36,774 nt of DNA from Candidatus Micrarchaeota archaeon (lineage in GTDB: Archaea > Micrarchaeota > Micrarchaeia > Norongarragalinales > UBA97). The translations under genes and the position numbers were made by a program. This document shows, in pieces, positions 22,233 through 31,321 of the stretch; position 1 is the stretch's first letter; every line of letters begins with the position of its first letter. The stretch covers positions 1-36,774 of the forward strand of contig JBBSWX010000052.1 of the NCBI GenBank assembly GCA_038046065.1, read 5' to 3'. Below the pieces are notes generated by a model. It was not told where the DNA came from and made no database searches. It saw only the letters and a list, made by a program, of their open reading frames with translations.

Positions 22233-23212
22233 CTTGCCGCACCTCCCTTAGTTTTGAGTTTGCGCGCCGCCGCGGTTATTTCGCTGCGCGTGCACTTCAA
22301 GTGCGCGCCAACGCGAGTCATCTTTATGGCCGCCGCGGCAGTTGCCATCTTTAGCGCCGTCTCGAGCGTTTCTCCCGCCAAGTGGCTTTGCGCGAACACT
22401 CCTGCGAACGCGTCCCCCGCGCCCGTAGCGTCAACAACGCGGCCAGCCGCGGAGTGAATTGAAACAACTTTGTTTCCGTCCGTGCCAACTGCCCCCCGCG
22501 CGCCCCGCGTGACAACTTTTACATTGCCCGGAAGGTTTTCCAGCATTTCCCGCAAGTTGTTCCTGCACGTGAGCTTCACGGCTTCCTCATCGTTCATTAT
22601 CACGACGTCAAACCCGCCGCGCATCGCCCGCACCGCGTCAAGCTGCGCGTTCAGCATCGTCATGCTGGGCGCGAACACGACGGGCTTGCCGCAGCGTTTT
22701 ACGAGCGTAATGAGCTTCTTCACCGCGCGCATGTTCCCTTCAGACGTGAGGGACGTTATGAAAACCGCGTCGCTCCACTCTACGAGTTGCGGCGTGACGT
22801 GGTTTTGCGAGAGGTTGGCGAGCGCGCCTTTGAACGTGAGGGACGACTTCTCGCCTTTCGCGAGCAGCACGATGCTGGCTGCAGTTGGGAGCCTGCCGTC
22901 TTCCACCACCTTGCCGCCGATGCCGTGAGCCTTCAAATCTTTTTTTACCAGCCGGCCGAACTCGTCTTTGCCTACTGCCGTGAGTATTCGCGCTTGCGCG
23001 CCTGCGCAGCGGGCTGCCACCGCGGCGTTGGCCGCGCTGCCGCCGAACCTCAAGTCTATCGAGTCCAGCTCGCTTTTCGACCCGAGGTTGACGCACACGA
23101 GCTTTTCGAACAAGTTGCCTTCCCGGCTGCCGTGCCTTATGGAAATTTCTTCAGGGTCGTGCATCCTCGCGACTACGTCGACGAGCGCGCTTCCCACGAA
23201 CAGTATTTTCAT
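22229..23212 (-). CDS. PfkB-family (ribokinase-like) sugar kinase
   Basis: GGSAANAAVAAR near the N-terminus and the C-terminal VDATGAGDAFAGVF motif. Confidence 0.85.
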   Translation of the reverse strand: MKILFVGSALVDVVARMHDPEEISIRHGSREGNLFEKLVCVNLGSKSELDSIDLRFGGSAANAAVAARCAGAQARILTAVGKDEFGRLVKKDLKAHGIGGKVVEDGRLPTAASIVLLAKGEKSSLTFKGALANLSQNHVTPQLVEWSDAVFITSLTSEGNMRAVKKLITLVKRCGKPVVFAPSMTMLNAQLDAVRAMRGGFDVVIMNDEEAVKLTCRNNLREMLENLPGNVKVVTRGARGAVGTDGNKVVSIHSAAGRVVDATGAGDAFAGVFAQSHLAGETLETALKMATAAAAIKMTRVGAHLKCTRSEITAAARKLKTKGGAAS

Positions 23213-23213
23213 T

Positions 23214-24149
23214 TCACTTCCTCCTCGCCAACGCGCGCAAGGCCGCGCGTTCGATGCCTTTCGCGTCCAGCCCGAACTTTTTCAAAAGCTCGGCCGGTTT
23301 GCCGCTCTCGCCAAACTTGCTGCGCACCGCCACCATTTCTATCGGCGTGGGCCGCCTTTCCGCAAGCAGCTCTGCAACCGCGCTTCCCACGCCGCCTTGC
23401 AACTGGTGTTCTTCCGCCGTCACGACGCAGCCGCATTGCGCGGCGGCCTTCACTAGCGTATTTTCATCGAGTGGCTTTATCGTGTGCAAGTTGATTACGC
23501 GCGCGGAAACCCCCTTGGCAGCCAGGGCTTTCGCCGCTTCAAGCGCCTGGGCAACCTCGACGCCGTTCGCGATTATCGCCACGTCACTCCCTTCGTGCAG
23601 TGTCACTGCCTTGCCGATAGTGAACGCGCCGTTTCCGGATACGTGCGGCACCCTTTCTCTCCCCAGCCTCAGGTACATTGGCCCAGCAATACTGGCCGCT
23701 GCCACCGTTGCCTTGCGCGCTTCCTCCCCGTCGCACGGCGCGATTACCGTGAAGTTCGGGAGGCTGCGCATCAACGCAATGTCTTCCAGCATTTGCGCGT
23801 TCGCCCCATCCTCCCCAGTTGTCACGCCGCAATGCGTCGCCGCCAGTTTCACGTTCAGGTTGCTTAACGCCACGCTCACGCGAATTTGGTCGAAGCACCG
23901 TGCGGGGAGGAAAGCGCCGAAGCTCGCTGCGAAAGGCACCTTTCCGGCAATGGCAAGGCCGGCGGCCATCGCTACCATGTTTTGCTCGGCAATTCCTGCC
24001 TGCACGAACCGGCCTGGAAACTTTTTCGCGAACGCCTCGACTTTAGTGCTGTCGTTCAAATCTCCCGTCAACGCCACGACGCGCGCATCCGCCTCTCCAG
24101 CTTCGGCGAGGCCTCGGCCGAAGCCTTCGCGCGTAGATTCTTCAAGCAT
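23214..24149 (-). CDS. transketolase, C-terminal (pyrimidine-binding) subunit
   Basis: REGFGRGL, GIAEQNMVAMAAGLA, THCGVTTGEDGANAQ, and EEHQLQGGVGSAV. Confidence 0.9.
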   Translation of the reverse strand: MLEESTREGFGRGLAEAGEADARVVALTGDLNDSTKVEAFAKKFPGRFVQAGIAEQNMVAMAAGLAIAGKVPFAASFGAFLPARCFDQIRVSVALSNLNVKLAATHCGVTTGEDGANAQMLEDIALMRSLPNFTVIAPCDGEEARKATVAAASIAGPMYLRLGRERVPHVSGNGAFTIGKAVTLHEGSDVAIIANGVEVAQALEAAKALAAKGVSARVINLHTIKPLDENTLVKAAAQCGCVVTAEEHQLQGGVGSAVAELLAERRPTPIEMVAVRSKFGESGKPAELLKKFGLDAKGIERAALRALARRK

Positions 24150-24164
24150 TTTTTTTCAACTCCC

Positions 24165-25013
24165 TTACTGCGCCAATTCCTTTAACGCTTCTGCAGCCTG
24201 CGTTTGCGACAAGGCTTTGCCGTGCCACTCGTGCTTTGCTTGCATGAACGACACGCCCTTGCCCATAGTTGTCTTGAATATTATTGCGGAAGGCTTTCCT
24301 TTCGTTGCGCGCGCTTTCTTGAACGCCGCGAGTATTTGCGTGAAGTCGTGCCCATCTGCGTTTATCACGTTCAACCCGAACGAAGAGAGCCTCTCGGCGA
24401 GTGGTTCTAGCGTCATTATTCCTTCAGTCCTGCCGTTCTGTTGCAGCCCATTGCGGTCGATGAATATCGTGAGGTTGTCGAGCTTGTAGTGGCTTGCTGC
24501 CGCGAACGCCTCCCAGCAGCTTCCCTCTTCAAGCTCTCCGTCTCCCATCGAGCAGTACACGCGGTTCGGCAGGCGTTCCATTTTCATTCCCAATGCGATT
24601 CCCACCGCGACGCCTATCCCTTGCCCCAGCGAACCCGTGGAAACTTCCACTTGAGGCAGCGTACCGCGCACCGGGTGGCCTTGAAGCCTACTCCCCAACT
24701 GCCTTAGCGTCGTCAGCTCTCTCTCAGGAATGCACTTCGCTTGCGCGAGCGCAGCGTACCACGCAGGGTTCAAGTGGCCGTTGCTAAGAACGAAATAATC
24801 CCTGCCTTTCCACCGCGCGTCGCCGGGCTTGAACTTCAACACCCCTCCCAAATACAGTGCCGCGAACACGTCTGCTATTCCCAAGCTCCCGCCGGGGTGG
24901 CCGCTGCCTGCCGCCGTAGTCATTTTCACTACTGCGACGCGCATCTCGCGCGCGGCTTGACGCAGCTTTTCCAGCATTCCCAAAGCCTTCTTCACGATAA
25001 GAAGGTATTGCAT
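24165..25013 (-). CDS. transketolase, N-terminal (ThDP-binding) subunit
   Basis: GSGHPGGSLG, SNGHLNPAWYA, GSLGQGIGVAVG, GDGELEEG, and DRNGLQQNG. The start may be ATG 24977. Confidence 0.9.
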   Translation of the reverse strand: MQYLLIVKKALGMLEKLRQAAREMRVAVVKMTTAAGSGHPGGSLGIADVFAALYLGGVLKFKPGDARWKGRDYFVLSNGHLNPAWYAALAQAKCIPERELTTLRQLGSRLQGHPVRGTLPQVEVSTGSLGQGIGVAVGIALGMKMERLPNRVYCSMGDGELEEGSCWEAFAAASHYKLDNLTIFIDRNGLQQNGRTEGIMTLEPLAERLSSFGLNVINADGHDFTQILAAFKKARATKGKPSAIIFKTTMGKGVSFMQAKHEWHGKALSQTQAAEALKELAQ

Positions 25014-25059
25014 TCCTGCATAAAAGCGTGAGTGCGAGGGAGTGCGCGAGACTGCCGCG

Positions 25060-25422
25060 TCAGGCGATGCGCATCCCGACTTGCTTTTGCGTCAAGACGG
25101 TGAAGCCCGCTTCCTTCAGGCGCGCGGCGAGCTGCTTGTCGTTAGTGGCAACGCCGTAGCTCTTTGGCAGTTGCAAGAACGCGTCGTCCGCCTTGCCGCT
25201 CGAATGAATCACGGAAAACTTGCTTCCCTCCAAGGCTACGCACGCCTTGGCGGCGCGCGCCACAGCCCCGTGGCCGGCAGCAATGCTCTTCAACTCCGCA
25301 ACGGTGCTTTGCGTGGCGTAAAAACTGCACGGCTCTTCCAAAGCATCTTCGCAGTCCTCGAACACGTCGCGCTTGCGCTCGAACAAATCCATCAGCACGC
25401 TCGTGTCCAAGACGATTTTCAT
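25060..25422 (-). CDS. PIN-domain protein, Fcf1-like
   Basis: MKIVLDTSVLMDL..., TVAELK, GKADDAFL, and GVATNDKQLAARLKEAGFTVL. Confidence 0.7.
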   Translation of the reverse strand: MKIVLDTSVLMDLFERKRDVFEDCEDALEEPCSFYATQSTVAELKSIAAGHGAVARAAKACVALEGSKFSVIHSSGKADDAFLQLPKSYGVATNDKQLAARLKEAGFTVLTQKQVGMRIA

Positions 25423-25441
25423 GATTATCGCTTTCGTTAAG

Positions 25442-25516
25442 CGGGCCCGAGGGGATTTGAACCCCTGACCTACTGGTTAAAAGCCAGCCGCTCTAGCCAA
25501 GCTGAGCTACGGGCCC
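25442..25516 (-). tRNA. tRNA-Lys (anticodon TTT)
   Basis: GGGCCCG-TA-GCTC-AGCTTGGCTA-GAGC-G-GCTGG-CTTTTAA-CCAGT-AGGTC-AGGGG-TTCAAAT-CCCCT-CGGGCCC-G. Confidence 0.9.
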
Positions 25517-25586
25517 AACCTTTTGCTTGCTTCGCTCGTCGGCGTGCGCGCCTCCTCGACTGCGCAAGCAAAAGCTTGACCAAACT
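25517..25586 (-). promoter_or_regulatory. tRNA promoter/leader module, copy 4 (tRNA-Lys), with an 11-bp inverted repeat
   Basis: TTTGGTCAAGCTTTTGCTTGCGCAGTCGAGGAGGCGCGCACGCCGACGAGCGAAGCAAGCAAAAGGTT. CTTTTGCTTGC pairs with GCAAGCAAAAG. Confidence 0.45.
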
Positions 25587-25654
25587 ATTAGTTGAGGCTC
25601 TTCTTGAATAGCTTTTCCTTCGGCGTTTTTGGCGAACTTTTCGAGCCGCACCGC

Positions 25655-26122
25655 CTAGCCGCCGAGCTCTTCGCTGCTGTACTGGTTTTCAAGCAAGACT
25701 GGCTTCCACTCGAAGAGCTCGTTCTTCTTGAAGAAGCGCGCGATTTCTTTCGCCGCGGTTTCCGGGCTGTCGGAAGCGTGGATGATGTTGCACTGGATGC
25801 TCATCGCCAAATCCCCGCGAATCGTGCCCGGAACTGCATCGCGCGCTTTCGTCACGCCAGTCAAATCGCGCACGACGCGCACGGCGTCCATCCCTTCCCA
25901 CACGGTGGCGACGAGGGGCGCGCTCGTCATGAACTTGCGGATGCGCGGGAAGAACGGCTTGTCCTTCAAATGTGCGTAATGCTCTTCGATGAGCCTCTCG
26001 TCCAGCGTCAGCATCTTGGCCGCGACGAGCTTCAAGTTCTTGCGCTCGAGCCGCGAGAACACCTCGCCCACTAGACCCCGTTGCAGGCAGTCGGGCTTCA
26101 TCATCACAAAAGTTCTTTCCAT
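25655..26122 (-). CDS. ndk: nucleoside diphosphate kinase
   Basis: MERTFVMMKPD, GTIRGD, and NIIHASD (catalytic His). The track start 26134 is GTG. ATG 26122 gives the canonical N-terminus. Confidence 0.95.
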   Translation of the reverse strand: MERTFVMMKPDCLQRGLVGEVFSRLERKNLKLVAAKMLTLDERLIEEHYAHLKDKPFFPRIRKFMTSAPLVATVWEGMDAVRVVRDLTGVTKARDAVPGTIRGDLAMSIQCNIIHASDSPETAAKEIARFFKKNELFEWKPVLLENQYSSEELGG

Positions 26123-26261
26123 CATTGCAATCACCGCGCGATATTTATTTATCTTCGCGTTTTTAAACGGCTTTTGTTGCGCGAGGTAATAAAAGCGTTG
26201 TTAGGCACTATGCCTGCGCAGGCGCGGCCTTCCGGCCGGCTTCCAAGGAGGTAACGGCGTA

Positions 26262-26918
26262 ATGCGCTTAATCTTGTTCGGCGAACCCGGTTCGGGCAAA
26301 GGCACGCTTTCTGCAATGCTCAGCCATCGGCTTGGCATCAACCATATTTCTACCGGAAACCTCTTTCGCAGCGAGATAGCGCGCGGCACCGAACTCGGGC
26401 GCGAGGTAGGGAGTTTGATTACCGAAGGCAGGCTCGTGCCGGACGCCATAGTGATAAGCGTGGTGCGCGGGCTTTTTGAAAGCACAGATTTCCACAAGGG
26501 TTTCGTGCTCGACGGGTTTCCCCGTACGCTTGAGCAGGCGCGCGACTTGGATGAATTGCTGCACGCGCATTCCTGGACGCTTGACGGAATAGTTTTTCTT
26601 AAGGCCGAGCGTGACGAGCTCGTGAGGCGGTTGAGCTCGCGCCGCGTGTGCCGTTCGTGCGCCGCAGTTTTCAACACTATCACCTACCCTACCCGGCAGG
26701 AGGGCGTGTGTGACAAGTGCGGCGGGGGGCTGTACCAGCGCGAGGATGACGCGGCTGATGCCGTGAAAGTGCGGCTGGGCGTGTACGAGAAGCAGACTGC
26801 GCCGATGATAGACTACTACTCGCGCAAGGGGCTGCTGAAACTAATAGACACGACTGGCGACGACGCCGAGAAGAGTTACGCGAAGCTGATGATGGCGTTG
26901 GGCAAGATAAAAGGCTGA
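26262..26918 (+). CDS. adk: adenylate kinase (long form with Zn-ribbon lid)
   Basis: P-loop GEPGSGKGT, STGNLFR, GFPRT, and lid CRSC...CDKCGG. AAGGAGGT lies upstream. Confidence 0.95.
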   Translation: MRLILFGEPGSGKGTLSAMLSHRLGINHISTGNLFRSEIARGTELGREVGSLITEGRLVPDAIVISVVRGLFESTDFHKGFVLDGFPRTLEQARDLDELLHAHSWTLDGIVFLKAERDELVRRLSSRRVCRSCAAVFNTITYPTRQEGVCDKCGGGLYQREDDAADAVKVRLGVYEKQTAPMIDYYSRKGLLKLIDTTGDDAEKSYAKLMMALGKIKG

Positions 26919-26932
26919 CGTTGCAGTGGCGG

Positions 26933-28141
26933 TTACACGATTTCCGCCGTGCCGTAAAAGTGCCACCGGTTGGTGCTGCGGCGGAGGAGCGCGACGATGC
27001 TGCCTTTCTCGCCGCAAATGGGCTTCTTCAACACCACTTGGTAGGCTTTCTTGTTCTGTTTGCTCTTGCCTTTCACGAAGCCCACCGTCGTTGCGGTGCC
27101 TATGCCTATCACGAGCGGCTCGTTCTCGACGAACGTGTCGGCGAATGCCACTGAAGTGCGTTTGATGGGCTTTATTTTCAAGTCGGCTTCGTTAAGCACT
27201 TCCGGCATGCTGCCTGGCTTGCCTATAATGTTGCCGACGAGCGCGTCCGACCGGGTGAGTGCGGGGTCGAGGAGCGTTGCCACGCCGACGAGGCCGCCGG
27301 GCTTGGCGTGCTTGGTTGCGCCGCCTGCATTCAGGCTGGCGATGGTCGTGCGTATTGGCGTGTAGCTCTCGCGCTCTTTCTTTACGGTTAAGTATCCTGG
27401 GCGTATCTCCACTTCGTCGCCTTCGTTAAGCACGCCTCTAGCTATCGAGCCGCCCAAGACGCCGCCGGTTATCTTTTCCACTTTCGTGCCGGGCACGTTG
27501 ACGTCGAAGCTGCGCGCTATGTACATCATGGGTGCGGCGTTCTCGTCGCGCTGGGGCGCGGTGAAGTACTCTTGCATGAATGCCGTGAGCTTGTCCACGT
27601 TCGTTCCGGTGACTGCGCTTACGGGAATGATTGGCGAGTCTTGCAGCCGCGTGCCATTCACGAGTTCTTTTATTTCCTTGTAGTTCTGCAGCGCCTGCTC
27701 GCGCGTGACTAGGTCGACTTTCGTCTGCACGATGATGGCTTTCTTGATGCCTATCGCGTCCAGCACGAGGAGGTGCTCGAGCGTCTGGGGCTGGGGGCAC
27801 TTTTCGTTCGCCGCAATTATGAACAGCGCGCCGTCCACTATACTGCTGGCCGCCACCACCGTCGCCATAAGCGTCTCGTGGCCGGGCGCGTCGACGAGCG
27901 AAATGCGGCGCGCCTCGCGCGTGGGGAGGATGCAGCGTTCGCACTTTTCGCGTTGCGTGTAGCTGCCGCACTTGTCACACTTTCTTACCGCCAAGTCTGC
28001 GTAACCGAGTTTTATCGTGATGCCGCGCTTTATCTCTTCCGAGTGCGTGTCGGTGAACTTGCCGGTCATGGCATGGACAATAGTCGTTTTTCCATGGTCA
28101 ACGTGGCCGCACGTCATTATGTTAAGTTCAGACTGGGGCAT
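26933..28141 (-). CDS. eif2g: translation initiation factor aIF2 gamma subunit
   Basis: GHVDHGKTT, Zn ribbon CDKCG...CERC, DAPGHE, and QTKVD. ATG 28141 gives MPQSELNIMTCGHVDHG. Confidence 0.95.
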   Translation of the reverse strand: MPQSELNIMTCGHVDHGKTTIVHAMTGKFTDTHSEEIKRGITIKLGYADLAVRKCDKCGSYTQREKCERCILPTREARRISLVDAPGHETLMATVVAASSIVDGALFIIAANEKCPQPQTLEHLLVLDAIGIKKAIIVQTKVDLVTREQALQNYKEIKELVNGTRLQDSPIIPVSAVTGTNVDKLTAFMQEYFTAPQRDENAAPMMYIARSFDVNVPGTKVEKITGGVLGGSIARGVLNEGDEVEIRPGYLTVKKERESYTPIRTTIASLNAGGATKHAKPGGLVGVATLLDPALTRSDALVGNIIGKPGSMPEVLNEADLKIKPIKRTSVAFADTFVENEPLVIGIGTATTVGFVKGKSKQNKKAYQVVLKKPICGEKGSIVALLRRSTNRWHFYGTAEIV

Positions 28142-28237
28142 GTAATTCTGAGAAGCTTTTAGCTGTGCAAGGCATAAAAACCCGCGCAACGAGGGGGCGT
28201 TACTGCCGCAGACTGCCTTCAGCTTGCGGTTGTGCGC

Positions 28238-29155
28238 TCACCGCTTGCGCCTTGGTTTCGCTTGCGGCAGCCGGAGTTCGAACGCCGCGCCCTTCCCGCC
28301 GATGCCCGCGCCAGCGTATTCGAGCGTGCCGCCGTGGCGCTCGGCAATCTCGCGGCCGGTCTTCAGACCCGTGCCCGTCCCGGTCGTAATGCCGGGATCC
28401 ATGCGCGCGGTTTTACCAAAGCGCATCGCCCCTTGCGCAAGCAATTTTTCAGGAACCCCCGGGCCGTTGTCTTCAACGCGGATGATTACGTGGCCGCCTG
28501 CCGGTCTTGCCGTAATCCTTATTCGCCCGGCGTCGTCAAGCGGTTCAGTGGCTTTCTCGGCGTTCCCGTGCAAGTCGCGCACTACTTTGAAGAGCAGGTG
28601 CCAGTCGCCGTTGACCGTAAGCTTTTGGGTTGCTTCAAACAGCGTGTGAGGGCTTCCGGCCGAGACTTCTTCAAGCAGCTTTTTGACGTCAAGCTTCCGC
28701 GCGGCCATATTGCGCGCATAATATTTGGCGAACGCCTTGCAGTTGTACTTGGCCGCCCGTACTTCGGGCAGGGCGGCGCGTTTGTATTCTTCAACCGGCT
28801 TTATGCGAGTTTCTTCGCCGAGCCGCTGCAACTTTTTTCTAGTATACATATCAATGGCTTTTTGGAAAGCGTAAGGGAGCACGTGACTGGCGAAAGCTGC
28901 AGGGTGCCACGCTGCCTTGTACGCGTCTATTTGTGGCGTGTTATTGCAAATGGCTTTGCGCAATCGATTGATTTGTGCATAGTGCTTGTCAAAGGCCCGG
29001 TCGTACTGGCCAACTTGTTGGTACGTGGCGTTTTCACTCGCTTTCTCGACCAATCTTTCTATCCGCCTTACTTTTGCCGCGAGCTTTTCGAATAGTTGCG
29101 CGAGCTTCAAGTCAGTCTCGTTGGGTTTCAAGTTCTTTTCGTCGGGTTTCTGCAC
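28238..29155 (-). CDS. soluble histidine-kinase-like ATPase (HATPase_c) with a weak H-box
   Basis: LFKVVRDLHGNAEKAT (N-box-like), VEDNGPGVP (G1), TGTGTGLKTGREIAERHGGTLEY (G2), and a possible H-box AAFASHVLPYAF. No TM segments. Confidence 0.65.
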   Translation of the reverse strand: MQKPDEKNLKPNETDLKLAQLFEKLAAKVRRIERLVEKASENATYQQVGQYDRAFDKHYAQINRLRKAICNNTPQIDAYKAAWHPAAFASHVLPYAFQKAIDMYTRKKLQRLGEETRIKPVEEYKRAALPEVRAAKYNCKAFAKYYARNMAARKLDVKKLLEEVSAGSPHTLFEATQKLTVNGDWHLLFKVVRDLHGNAEKATEPLDDAGRIRITARPAGGHVIIRVEDNGPGVPEKLLAQGAMRFGKTARMDPGITTGTGTGLKTGREIAERHGGTLEYAGAGIGGKGAAFELRLPQAKPRRKR

Positions 29156-29179
29156 ACTGTTTTTATCGCGCCCTCGTTT

Positions 29180-30766
29180 TTAATGCAGGCCTTTGAACCG
29201 TCCGGCGACGAACTGTTTCTCGAGGGCGTTGAGGAACGCCAGCAGCTTTGGCCCCGTCTTGCGGCCGGTTAGTATCGTGTAGGAAGATTCGAAGAACTCT
29301 TTCACAGTCATTCCGTGCTTCAACGCGATTTCCTTTATTTTCGCCGCCTGTTCGTCTTCGCTTGCCGCGGTTTCAAAGTGCTCGCCGAACTCGTGCAGCG
29401 CCTCCTGGTACTTGGGCGGCAGGGCTGAAAAGTTTTTAACCGCCTCGGCGTGGCCTAGTATGGTGAGTTTGTCATCTTCGCCCGCGTAGTTTTCAAGCCA
29501 CTTCTTGGCTGCAGCTGCCCTCACGTCCAGCTCGCTTTCTTCGAGGGGCGTGAGTGCCGAGCCTTTGCGTTTCTCAATGGTTTCCTTGACGTTGATGTGC
29601 GGCACTTGCACGAGTTGCGCGACGAGCGAGAAGTTGGCGTGGTAATAACTCGGCGGGTTTTTGCGCGCCTCTCCCGTCGTTTGCGAGATGGCGTAAATCA
29701 TCGGCTCGTCGGGGTCGCGCGGTTGCCTGTGGCCAGCGTGGCTTTCGGCGAAGGCGTCGTAATCGTCGAACAGGCGGGGCACGGACTCGCCGGCCGGGTT
29801 GAAGTCTATGGCCGTGCGGGGTTTGAAGCGCGTCATGAGGAACCGCAGGATTTCGGGCGGCAGGAGCTCGGAGATTTCTTTGATGCCCACGCCAATGCCT
29901 TTCGAAGAACTCATTTTCTTGCCTGCGAGGAGGAAGTGTTCGTACGGCAAGTCGTACGGGTGCGGGTAGTTGAAGACTTTCTCGCACAACTCGTTCGCTA
30001 CGGCGCGAGACCCGCCTGCCGCGTAGTGGTCTTTCCCCGCTCCTTCGAGGGTAACGCCGAGCACTTTGAACGTGGCGGCCCAATCGGCTTTCCACGTGAG
30101 CTTGGCCTTGCCGCCGAAGGGCGGCGTATTGCCTTTGTAGCTGCAGCCTTTAGAGTATTTAGTGTCGCGGCACTCGTACCCGACGGTTTCGCCGTCGAAG
30201 CCGCTTGCCACCGTGCCGCCTATCTGGCCGCACTTTTCGCAAACAACGTTTATGGGCAGCCAGTCGCCTTGCTTTTTCGTTCCGCTCACGCGCTCGTTTA
30301 TCTCGTTTATCTCGGCCGCTTTTTCCAGCGCCGTCCTTATCGCGGCGTCCATGCCGCCTTTGCGGTAGTTTTCGCTCGACCAGAACACTTTCGGCTTGCA
30401 GCCTATGCGTTCGAACGCGGCGATGAATTGTTCGGCGTAGCAACGCGCGTAGCTGTCGAACCCTTTTTCAGGCGAGGGAATGCTGCACAATGGTTTGCCC
30501 ATGTGTTTCATGAACGATTCGTCAAGCCCTTTCGGGAAGCCGTCCATGGGGTCAAAGTCGTCGAACCGGTAGGTGAACTCGGCTTCACGCCCGGCGTCCA
30601 CAAGCGCCTTGAAGACTAGGTCGTGTATTACCACGCCGCGCAGCGCGCCCACGTGGATAGGTCCGCTGGGCGTCTTAGCATCGCTTACAACTTGCCGCTT
30701 TCCGGCGTCCAGCCCGTTCGCCAAGCTATCTGCCCAAAACCGTTTTTCATTCCCTGCATTATCCAT
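29180..30766 (-). CDS. lysK: lysyl-tRNA synthetase, class I
   Basis: TPSGPIHVGALRGVVIHD (HIGH-type) and KMSSSKG (KMSKS). Length 528 aa. Confidence 0.9.
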   Translation of the reverse strand: MDNAGNEKRFWADSLANGLDAGKRQVVSDAKTPSGPIHVGALRGVVIHDLVFKALVDAGREAEFTYRFDDFDPMDGFPKGLDESFMKHMGKPLCSIPSPEKGFDSYARCYAEQFIAAFERIGCKPKVFWSSENYRKGGMDAAIRTALEKAAEINEINERVSGTKKQGDWLPINVVCEKCGQIGGTVASGFDGETVGYECRDTKYSKGCSYKGNTPPFGGKAKLTWKADWAATFKVLGVTLEGAGKDHYAAGGSRAVANELCEKVFNYPHPYDLPYEHFLLAGKKMSSSKGIGVGIKEISELLPPEILRFLMTRFKPRTAIDFNPAGESVPRLFDDYDAFAESHAGHRQPRDPDEPMIYAISQTTGEARKNPPSYYHANFSLVAQLVQVPHINVKETIEKRKGSALTPLEESELDVRAAAAKKWLENYAGEDDKLTILGHAEAVKNFSALPPKYQEALHEFGEHFETAASEDEQAAKIKEIALKHGMTVKEFFESSYTILTGRKTGPKLLAFLNALEKQFVAGRFKGLH

Positions 30767-30846
30767 CGTAATTACCGAACCATTTTCGTTCCGGCAAAGT
30801 ATTTAAACCGTCCATTCGGCTTGACGGGCTGGAAACCGGGCGGCAG

Positions 30847-31065
30847 CTAATCGCGGCGGGGTCGGTTCCCGAGTTTTCCTTTGAGGCTCGCAGTCATTTC
30901 TTCAAGAAACTCGGGGCGGCACGCTTCGCTTAGTTGCCGCGCTTCAAGCCGGTCGCCGTACTTTCGCTTTAAGGTTTGGAAGTCGCGTTTGGCGAGGATG
31001 TTTTTCAAGTTGGGGCTTGTGGCCACCACGCGCATTTTCGGGTGTTTTTCAAGCAGTTCGCGCAT
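30847..31065 (-). CDS. C-terminal part of a receiver-like domain (frame open upstream to about 31221)
   Basis: The upstream in-frame sequence reads ..EALDAILCKARKT..KLFKLAVAGVRRANGVIVMRELLEKHPKMRVVATSPN..AKRDFQTLK. This resembles beta3-alpha5 of CheY-like receivers but lacks the phospho-acceptor Asp. Confidence 0.35.
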   Translation of the reverse strand: MRELLEKHPKMRVVATSPNLKNILAKRDFQTLKRKYGDRLEARQLSEACRPEFLEEMTASLKGKLGNRPRRD

Positions 31066-31165
31066 TACTATGACGCCGTTGGCGCGCCGTACCCCCGCGA
31101 CAGCAAGTTTGAATAATTTCTGCGCTTCCGTTGGAACCGTTTTCCGCGCCTTGCATAATATTGCG

Positions 31166-31321
31166 TCAAGAGCTTCTTGCGAGCTTAAGCGCTTGGCTCG
31201 TGCTTTCCGTAGCGTGCACTTCTAAGCCAAGCGCGCTTGCACTTAGTTTTATGCGTTCGCGTACTTCCGGGTCGTCGTGAACAAGCAGCAACCGCGTTTT
31301 TTCGCCGGGTTTGAGTGCCAC
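31166..31321 (-). pseudogene. N-terminal part of a receiver domain ending at a premature TGA (not in the ORF track)
   Basis: GTG 31321 is preceded by AAGGAGTGA. The translation is VALKPGEKTRLLLVHDDPEVRERIKLSASALGLEVHATESTSQALKLARSS*. The domain continues in the +1 frame. Confidence 0.4.

Noticed and set aside
23254-24489. 411-aa plus-strand ORF
   Set aside because: It is antisense to both transketolase subunit genes, which have unmistakable motifs. Its composition is Ser/Ala/Pro-rich and low in complexity.
28232-30619. Long plus-strand ORFs 28232..29095 and 29597..30619
   Set aside because: They are antisense to the HATPase_c and LysRS genes, and their composition is Arg/Val/Phe-rich shadow-frame sequence.
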